Source: Ascoidea asiatica JCM 7603
Taxonomy: Eukaryota > Fungi > Ascomycota
Direction of reading: 5' to 3'
DNA: 6,440 bases
NCBI GenBank assembly: GCA_001600695.1
Contig: BCKQ01000026.1
Coordinates: forward strand, 136,302-142,741
Below are positions 1-6,440 of the stretch, piece after piece. The notes under the pieces are model-generated. The model searched no databases and had not been told where the DNA came from. It worked only from the letters and a program-made list of their open reading frames with translations. A program made the position numbers and the translations under genes. Numbering within the stretch: the first letter of the stretch is position 1; each line of letters opens with the position of its first letter.

Positions 1-1
1 T

Positions 2-142
2 AAGGCTGAGTGCAATTTAATTCCTCCTCAATAATTAAAATTTATAAATGCAGAGAATGACAAATTAATTATTAAAAAACCTAATAAGAAAACAAAATTC
101 TCTACCAATATATCAGAGGCTAATAAAACTGCTTCAGGTAAA
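2..142 (+). pseudogene. Coding remnant cut off at 143 (possibly the C-terminal part of an older gag)
   Basis: Frame 2 reads KAECNLIPPQ*LKFINAENDKLIIKKPNKKTKFSTNISEANKTASGK, with one TAA at 32 and the same A/T-ending codon style as the other ORFs. Composition changes abruptly at TGTCAGG (143). Gag identity is inference only. Confidence 0.35.
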
Positions 143-1122
143 TGTCAGGATTTGTAGGCAATACCACGTGAATTGATATAGTCTAGTGGTACAGCCCTGG
201 AGCATTGAATTTGGCCGACGGCCTAGTAGTGAAAGGCCTGGTGATATTGTCTTGTACCCTATTATGACTCAGGACAAAGGATTGTCTCTTGGGATACTGT
301 CTCGGAAATAGTATTCTGTTAACGCCAAGCAATGGGTCTCAGTAGTCCTGCTGTACTGGCTTACATGTTCGTGTGCTGGTCAAGTATTCACAACAGAGGC
401 GTGAAGCTAAACAGTGAATATGGATTGTCTACATACGTGTTACGAGATGTAACATGATCATACTTGAAGTATTCTTCAGGTACAATGCTCCATGATATTG
501 GTCACATCCACTGTCCTCGTCCCGATTAGGTAAGTGGTTACGTAATCAGGAAGACCGGAACTTGATTGCGGTGAACTGGAGTGATTCGGCTATACGGACA
601 GCCAGAGGGCTAGTTTCGTGTTCCAATTAGTAATTGTACGACGCAATTATTGGTTCATATTCTTCTTTGAGGCACTAATATGCGGTTATACAAGACGTGT
701 GGGCTTGGCGTGCATAACTGGTCTTGGCGAACAAGCTTATGTCACGGGGCTTGATTAGGAGTAATTGATTACTGATTAGCTTCCAGAAGTTGATTGGGTA
801 GTCGGACAGCCAAATGTACCAACTGATAGAAAATGTCCTCGTAGGTTCTATCGAACAGAAATTCTACTTGTACCTTGTATGAAATTGTATGTGGACAATA
901 CTAACTTTTCGTTTGAGATTACGAGACGTAATTTGAACCCCAAATATTACAGGTAGGAAGAAATATCCTCCCTCATTTTGGGCTCCCCGATAGCATCCGT
1001 TTTGAAATAGCTAGCAAGATTTATAAGATATATTTCTTGCTGGTCATGGTCCAGATTAATATAAATAGACCTTGATTTCTCAATATTTTTATATAAAATT
1101 TTTTTAGAGATTATGGAAATAA
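143..1122 (+). other. LTR plus 5' leader of element 1, hairpin-rich (internal boundary unresolved; candidate CA ends at 492, 951, 975)
   Basis: Starts TGT, has no long ORF and is visibly GC-richer than the ORFs. Stem-loops lie at 220-238, 436-456, 461-482, 625-655, 911-938 and 1011-1043. Confidence 0.55.
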
Positions 1123-3075
1123 ATGAATATGAATACTAATAATAAGAATAATATTCAACAGTCAAAACTTCAGTTCAAAGTCTGCTTCTCTGAAAAGGTT
1201 AAAAATTTCTTCTTTTGATGGAACTTCTAAACTTTTGGATTTAAGTAACAAATCAAATTCAATTAATAATAATTCTTCTTCCACTGATACTGATGATGAT
1301 TTAACTTATCTCTGAAACTGATGCTCCAGAAGTGTTTGCCCCTCTTTAGAAAGTATTGAGAGGATGAGTTTCATTAATCCCATCTTGAAGGTTGAAAAGT
1401 TTGCTCCAATTGTAAAATTTTTTAACATCATTCTTCTATTAGTCTCAGCTTCCCTTCCGTTTTGACTAAATTTTATCCATTAGTAGTTTATTATAAAATG
1501 GCTCCTGATAATTGCTTTGTTGTTCAATTATCCGATAAATATTTCTTTTCAATTATGAATCTCATTAAAAAGACTAAATATTCTAAACAATTTGAAAATC
1601 TAGGGAAACAAGTTTCCTTAATTAAAATTTCAAATATGAATGATCCTTATAAATTTAATACTACTATCATTCAAGTTGAGTAAATTAGAATTACAAGAGA
1701 TTTTTTTGATGATCTTCCTGATCGATAGAAAATTTAGTCTCTCACAATTCCAAAAATATTTACTTCTGTTAATTATAAAAAAATATTCAACTCTAGTAAG
1801 ATTACATTTCATAATTATCGTACGTTGAAATACTATGATTTTTCAAAATTAAATATTAAATATAACCTAAATTGTACCAATAGTTTTCCCTCGATTTTTA
1901 TCAATAAAGATATTATTTTACCTAAAACTTTATCTTCTTTTATTAAGGAAGATCTTTCTCTGAAAAATCCATTTCAAGATTTAGGGGTTGCTTTAATCAG
2001 ATCAAAATATGTTTCTCCTTTTGATATTTCTGATATTAATGAACCTATTCCAGAAATTAATACTTGGAAAAATAATGATTTGACTAAAGATAATGACCAC
2101 ATTAATGATAATGATGATATCCCTCTTCAAGACCCACCTCGCCGGAAAGCTACAGACAAATATGATTTAACTGATGAAATTCTTACTCACATTGATTTCA
2201 ATCAAGCCAATTCATTGTTAGCCAAAATGTTTGATTCTGAAAGTTCTTTCAAATTAGACTTTACTGCTACTGGTCATAATAGAATCTTTATAACTCCTCC
2301 AAAACTCAACTACTCTCTTCAATTTTATAAAGATTTATTTACTATTGAGAAAAATACAAACACTATCAATTTGCTCTTTGATCTTGATTTTAGTTTTGAT
2401 GTTTTATTAATCAAACAATTTAGTAACCAAATGAATATAATTTACTTAAATTTTCGAGCCAATCCTGTTTCTAATTCATTTGATGACTTCTACTATTCTG
2501 AGTTTGCATGTCATAAATTGGTTGATATTAGAGTTTCTGCCAATCCATAAGCTAATATTTATACAGCTCTCTTGATTGAACGGCTAATTGATATATTAAA
2601 AAGACATAATACTTTTTAACACATCTTTGAATATCTATCTAAAGAATATAAATTTTCTTATAATCCTCCAATTTTATTTCCAGGTTAAAATGCTTCAATC
2701 TTTTTCGGAAAAAAGTTTATTGGATTTAAAAAATTAAAAGGTTCTCCTAATCATAAAATTCAGTGTTATGTACCTTCAAACTCAATATTCCCTGTTCTTC
2801 TTAATAAAAATGGTAATGTTATTAATACTGAACAATCTTATAATAAATACAATACAAATACTTCAATGTTCTTTCAAGTGGTTTTATCCGACAAAATCTT
2901 TATTCCAGCAAATTTCAATCTTAAAAAACATTCCTGAGAACCTAAACTTGGGAATAAAAATAAATCTTTTTCAACTAAACGAGATAATGCTAATAAAAAG
3001 ACATCTTCTTCTGCTTTTACCCCAAATTCAAATTCTTATAAAACTGGTAATAATTTTAATAAAAATAATGGGGCG
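1123..3075 (+). pseudogene. gag: gag-like ORF1 of element 1
   Basis: Track ORFs 1462-1683 and 1825-2550 share frame 1. That frame continues with coding-like codons from ~1321 to 3075, broken only by 11 stops. The N-terminus (ATG 1123, Ser/Asn/Asp-rich) needs frameshifts near 1155 and 1310-1330. It lies directly upstream of the protease. Confidence 0.7.
1402..1443 (+). other. Degenerate CCHC zinc knuckle (C-x2-C-x4-H-x4-[S])
   Basis: TGC TCC AAT TGT AAA ATT TTT TAA CAT CAT TCT TCT ATT AGT = CSNCKIF*HHSSIS. Spacing is exact, and the last codon AGT is one change from TGT. Confidence 0.5.
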
Positions 3076-3079
3076 AGTC
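3073..3079 (+). promoter_or_regulatory. Candidate programmed +1 ribosomal frameshift site GCG-AGT-C
   Basis: 6/7 match to the Ty3 heptamer GCG-AGU-U, in the gag frame shortly before the TAA at 3085. Skipping A3076 enters the pol frame at GTC (Val). Confidence 0.5.
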
Positions 3080-3166
3080 CCTACTAAGATGAATACCTTT
3101 TAATCTATTAATTCTATTAAAAAAGCTATACTTAATAACCTTGCTTCAAATTTAACAGATTGCTTT

Positions 3167-3410
3167 TCAATACTTTTAGATTCAGTTGCTGATCTTAGTG
3201 TGACTGGAAATAATTATATATTACATAATTATGTATCATTTAACTCTTCAAATATTAAAACTATTTTCAATTATTCTCATTCTCCTATACATTTATTTGG
3301 AAAAGGTGATATCTTTGGATATATTGTAGTTAACAATAAAATTTTAAAAATGACCTTCTCTAGTGTTTACTATAGTCTTGATGGTTCTGATGCTGTCATA
3401 ACTCCACTTC
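3167..3410 (+). other. Retroviral-type aspartic protease domain (copia-like)
   Basis: SILLDSVADLSVTGNNYILHNY...LFGKGDI...FSSVYYS. D-S-[G>V]-A at 3179-3190 (GTT is one change from GGT), followed by the copia-type GxG and VxY motifs. Confidence 0.8.
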
Positions 3411-3631
3411 CACATTCCGATGTTATTCGCTTTAAAACAGATAAATTCTGTCTTGAATGTTGGACTTATCATGATAACGACAACAAATTAATTATGGCTA
3501 ATTGTCAATAAATCAACACATCTACCAGGTTCTCATTAAGTTTTTTTAAATGTGATAATTCCTGCTTAAATAATCTCATTGAAAGGAATTCAAATTTCAG
3601 AATTAACTCTTCAACAACTATTTTACAAATT

Positions 3632-3745
3632 TACCACAAATTCTATCATCTTCCTCTCAATAGCATAATCAAGCTTATTGAGTCTAATGCAACTAATATT
3701 AAAAATCTGAAAATTTGGAACAAGAATTTTAGCTGCAAAATATGT
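3632..3745 (+). other. Integrase N-terminal HHCC zinc-binding (GAG-pre-integrase) domain
   Basis: YHKFYHL...FSCKIC: His at 3635 and 3647, Cys at 3734 and 3743 (compare copia WHxRLGH...CxxC). Confidence 0.85.
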
Positions 3746-3805
3746 CAAAGAAATAATACTCATGATAAGTTTGCTTCCAAATTGATTGCTACTTAACATA
3801 GTCAA

Positions 3806-4260
3806 ATTATTCAAGTTGATGCTCTAGGGCCTATCACTCCTATTATCCCAGGTCATAAATATATTCCTGTTATTGTTGGTAAATTTACAAAATTTACTTA
3901 TGCTAAACCTATACACTATAAAGGAGAGTCCGCCATATATTTAACTTTTTTTCTAAATCATCTAGAAAACATAGTTCAATATATAGCTACATTTCTAATC
4001 AGTGATCAAGGTGCTGAATTTGCCAACAATTTAATTAACCAAAAATATTTATCGATGGGCATAACAAATCTTTACATAATAATAGTAAAATTACTCCTCT
4101 TGAACTTCAATATAATTATAAACCTTCCATTCATCAATTCTACGAATTTGAATCTTTAATGTTCACAACTAATGAGTCTATTAGACTACAAAGTTCAAAA
4201 ACTTCTAAGCAAGGTAGTGGAATTTATCTTTGGAAACATAGATCTCATCTTGCTCACCTT
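3806..4260 (+). other. Integrase core (rve) and C-terminal region, internally deleted
   Basis: IIQVDALGPITPIIPGHKYIPVIVGKFTKFTYAKP...LISDQGAEF...MGI (Asp at 3818 and 4004). Frame 1 then gives HNKSLHNNSKITPLELQYNYKPSIHQFYEF...SKTSKQGSGIYL (compare copia TPYE...KP...FG, K...GIFLG). Confidence 0.93.
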
Positions 4261-4280
4261 TATTTAAAGGTTGATGTTAT

Positions 4281-4520
4281 TGTTGGAAATAATAGAGATC
4301 TGCATATGCTACTATATATATTGGTACTAACAGCAAAGGTGGTAACGGTCTAAAGGAGATCCATCTATAATACTGGTAACAAGGTTATGTATTATACATT
4401 AATCTGTGTACACTATGTATAAATATGGATCGAGATTCTTAATTAGGAATAGATATACATATTGTTGCACAAAGTTGCATTGAGTTGAATGAAGAATACA
4501 TCAATTCCCATTACATTCCA
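4281..4520 (+). repeat. Probable LTR (or its U3 part) of element 2
   Basis: TGTTGGAA start, AT-rich, TATAAATA at 4418-4425, ends ...CCCATTACA(4515)TTCCA(4520). An alternative end is ATTACA at 5050. No partner LTR is in the window. Confidence 0.5.
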
Positions 4521-5141
4521 TGAGTATGTGTACAGGTAGATAGTCGGTTATCATGTGATATTCTAGTCACGATGGCATCGGTCATGCGTGCTTACGTCAG
4601 GTATAGCGTGCAAAGTAGAAAAGACCTTTAGATTGGTGCCAGCCATAGTCGAAGAACATTTAAGAGCATAATAAAGCTATGCCACTCGGTACAAAGAAAC
4701 TAAAAGAGGAGCTACGATTCAGCGTCTGTCCGGATAGATGTTAAATCAGAAAGACCCATAGGATCGGCAGGGGGGACTCCTTCTGGATGGTTGAGTTGGA
4801 TAAGCCTAGTTTTATGTGAGATAAAGTATAAGTGTCACTGCGTATACCGAATTGTCTCGGAGTAAACAGGAGACTAGTGGACATAGTCCCGTAAGGGACC
4901 TATTCCGAGTACGGCTTCGGGATTAACAATTATTCCCGGAATTTGTGCCATTGTATACCCCACTGGAAAGTGGGCTGATTGGGCTTACTATGGTAAAATT
5001 GAAATGTGAATTTCAATTGTTTTGTAATCAAGGTTTCAACCCTTATTACAAGGTAAACTTGATTCACACCCTCATTTTACGCATGAATGCTGGGCCTGTT
5101 GAGAATGCTCGATAGTTCTACGGGACCCCGTAAGAATCCGC
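4521..5141 (+). ncRNA. Putative structured cis-acting RNA (leader/LTR) of element 2
   Basis: GTCCC-GTAA-GGGAC 4886-4899, CCCACT-GGAA-AGTGGG 4959-4974, AATTGAAAT-GTGA-ATTTCAATT 4997-5018 and TTGTAAT...ATTACAA 5022-5051. G.U-containing stems lie near 4585-4612 and 4722-4741. Confidence 0.55.
4873..5058 (+). repeat. Direct repeat copy A (pairs with 5971-6156)
   Basis: Core 4956-5058 vs 6054-6156 is 103 bp, ungapped, with 11 mismatches by manual count. Patchier identity extends back to ACTAGTGGA (4873/5971) and ATTCCGAGT...GCTTCGGGATTAA. Confidence 0.95.
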
Positions 5142-5285
5142 AATTAACATAAAAGGAATCGAGTTCTTCTTATTTTTGTATTTAATTTTTTTTATTTTTC
5201 TTTTTAGATCATCAATTAGCAGGAGTGAATTGATTAATACCTAGTAAGTAAAATATTATATAATCCAAAATTGTAAATTTGTAAA

Positions 5286-5970
5286 ATGAATGAGAATTCA
5301 AAACAGATACTGTTGATGGTGAAGACGATGAGAAAAACAGTATTTATAATCAAGAAAAACGAAATACAATTTCAGTTGAGGTAAATGAAAAAAGTATTTC
5401 TGATAATGAAGATAACAAAAACTTAGAGGTAGAATATTATTCGGATTATACTGTCGATCCAAATACAAAACGTCTTTCCATTAATGATTCTTTTGTCAGC
5501 AATGCTTCAGGCAGATTACATCGTACCAATGAAATCAACCTTAAAAATCAAGTGATCCCTCATACTTCGACTTCGAGTTTTAGGACAATCAGTTCCTCTA
5601 AAAATACATGTAAATATTTGGTCCCAATTAATTCATCTTTCAACCCCTTTGTTGAAAAGTTGCTACTTAAAAACTATGATCTCATCGTAAAGGAATTTTA
5701 TAACGATGAAGAATTATTTTGTTTTCAGACCATTTATTTAGAAAAGCTTATATTCAGGAATATAAAAAAGTTTTTAGGTATGCAAATCCTGACAAGGTTG
5801 ACATTCTTCATAACAGCAACAGAAAATGCGTTGTTGACTATGATGGTACTCAACTAAGTGTTGTCAATATTATTGCAAAAGATTTAATAGTTACTTCTAT
5901 TAAAGATTTTATAACAGAGGATTTGAATCTTTTTGTTAACAGAATTAAAGAAGTAACTGATCCTAAGTAT
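5286..5970 (+). pseudogene. Truncated gag-like ORF of element 2
   Basis: ATG 5286 is in frame 3, frame 2 is open 5294-5857 (acidic/Asn-rich start), and coding style moves to frame 1 near 5720. This joins track ORFs 5552-5857 and 5719-6024. Codons after 5970 belong to the repeat. Confidence 0.55.
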
Positions 5971-6156
5971 ACTAGTGGAGCTAGCCCATTAAGAATTGAT
6001 TCCGAGTCGGTGCTTCGGGATTAAAGATTATTGCAGAAATCAGTTTGTTTATCTACCGCACTGGAAAGTGGGCCGATTGGTTTTACTATGGTAAAATTGA
6101 AACGTGAATTTCAATTGATTTCCAATCAAGTTTTCAACCCTTTTTACAAGTTAAAC
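5971..6156 (+). repeat. Direct repeat copy B: leader/LTR fragment of a related element
   Basis: Same alignment as copy A. It retains the GGAA and GTGA loop hairpins with some mismatches and diverges after 6156. Confidence 0.95.
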
Positions 6157-6272
6157 CAGTTTTCGATTCTGAGTCGATTGGTAGAAAAATATTTGGGGGT
6201 TGTCATACAAAAATATTTTCAAAATAATTTTTTTAGTTTTCAGAAAATCTTGTTTTTTCTTAATTATTTAAC

Positions 6273-6440
6273 CATTTCATGACTACATATCAGGTAAGTA
6301 CATAAGTGGTGTCATTGGATAGCCCTTGGTGAGGGGCACCTTTCCGGATTTGTCGGAGTTGGAGAATATTTTTTATTCGACCGCCAGGGGGAGATGCAAT
6401 TTGCGGGTTTGCGAATTTTGATGCTACGGGGTTCTAGTCA
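6273..6440 (+). other. Start of a further GC-richer, hairpin-rich non-coding block running off the window
   Basis: GCCCTT-GGTG-AGGGGC at 6322-6337 and TCCGG...TCGGA at 6343-6357. It opens with a motif resembling 4514-4538. Confidence 0.4.

Larger units (their letters stand above)
143..4280 (+). mobile_element. Ty1/copia-type (Pseudoviridae) LTR retrotransposon, element 1: degenerate and 3'-truncated (no RT, RNase H, PPT or 3' LTR in the window)
   Basis: The order is non-coding block, gag-like ORF, protease, HHCC, integrase. Integrase directly after protease is the diagnostic copia order. The 5' boundary is inferred from TGT at a composition break. Confidence 0.88.
3077..4280 (+). pseudogene. 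pol: pol polyprotein remnant (protease - GAG-pre-integrase/HHCC - integrase)
   Basis: Frame 2 runs from 3077 to ~4063 with TAA at 3101, 3509 and 3794, then frame 1 from ~4060. It includes track ORFs 3200-3511 and the first part of 4159-4353. Confidence 0.92.
4281..5970 (+). mobile_element. Element 2: 5' part of a second LTR retrotransposon inserted into pol of element 1
   Basis: Begins TGTTGGAAAT (Ty1-LTR-like terminus) where integrase similarity ends. No polypurine tract precedes it. It is followed by a leader sharing motifs with element 1 and then a new ORF. Confidence 0.7.

Noticed and set aside
174-186. Group I intron S-like TGATATAGTCTAG
   Set aside because: No upstream P, Q or R elements.
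454-482. Minus-strand CTGAAGA plus stem as a hammerhead
   Set aside because: Followed by GATC rather than GAAA; the + strand hairpin explains it.
1630-1828. Track ORFs 1630-1812 (-) and 1640-1828 (+)
   Set aside because: Shadow frames over gag-like frame 1; Leu/Ile/Phe-rich AT artefacts with no motifs.
2768-3103. 111-aa frame 2 ORF as a membrane protein
   Set aside because: Off-frame reading of T-ending frame 1 codons. Only its last few codons plausibly belong to pol.
3623-3814. 63-aa minus-strand ORF
   Set aside because: Antisense to the clear HHCC domain.
4378-4390. CA-AGGTTATG as a copia/Ty5 half-tRNA PBS
   Set aside because: Lacks the [AG]GCCC continuation and is only ~100 nt from the terminus.
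4870-4906. Hammerhead ribozyme or group I P7/P9 (GACTA...ACATAGTCCCGTAAGGGAC)
   Set aside because: No CTGANGA/GAAA core flanks the stem, and GACTA and TAGTC are only 7 nt apart, leaving no room for P3/P8.
4281-5050. 3' LTR paired with 143-951
   Set aside because: The blocks are unalignable except for short 3' motifs. There is no PPT or RT before it, and it is followed by a new leader and ORF.
6031-6282. 83-aa ORF
   Set aside because: Lies on the non-coding repeat, starts at TTG, has no motif, and the aligned frame in copy A has a stop (TAA at 5064-5066 region is not needed; similarity ends at 5058 and the downstream sequence is unrelated).
1-6440. CRISPR array, tRNA/rRNA, group II intron, bacterial IS3/IS481 transposase
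   Set aside because: No periodic repeats, cloverleaf, rRNA motifs or domain V seen. The rve core is preceded by protease and HHCC, which identifies a retroelement.

Overview
AT-rich, eukaryote-like DNA that reads as a stack of nested, same-orientation, decayed LTR retrotransposon pieces. There is no intact gene. The best-supported part is a Ty1/copia-type element (143-4280) that the ORF track fragments or misses. It has a ~650-codon gag-like ORF1 (frame 1, degenerate CCHC knuckle), then in frame 2 an aspartic protease (LLDSVAD), an HHCC zinc domain and an rve integrase core (VDALGP...SDQGAEF). The integrase has lost the segment with the catalytic Glu, and pol is cut before RT/RNase H by a second element starting TGTTGGAAAT at 4281. 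Element 2 has a non-coding block and a truncated gag-like ORF (5286-5970), which is fused to a diverged second copy of its own leader (5971-6156). Four things stand out: (i) ~0.6-0.9 kb GC-richer blocks packed with hairpins, including GNRA tetraloops, ahead of each gag; (ii) a Ty3-like GCG-AGT-C +1 frameshift motif at the gag/pol junction of a copia-order element; (iii) two 155-nt GT...TTTTTAG segments at equivalent leader positions; (iv) 14 in-frame stops with no frameshift inside either reading frame. LTR ends, PBS and host cannot be fixed from this window alone.
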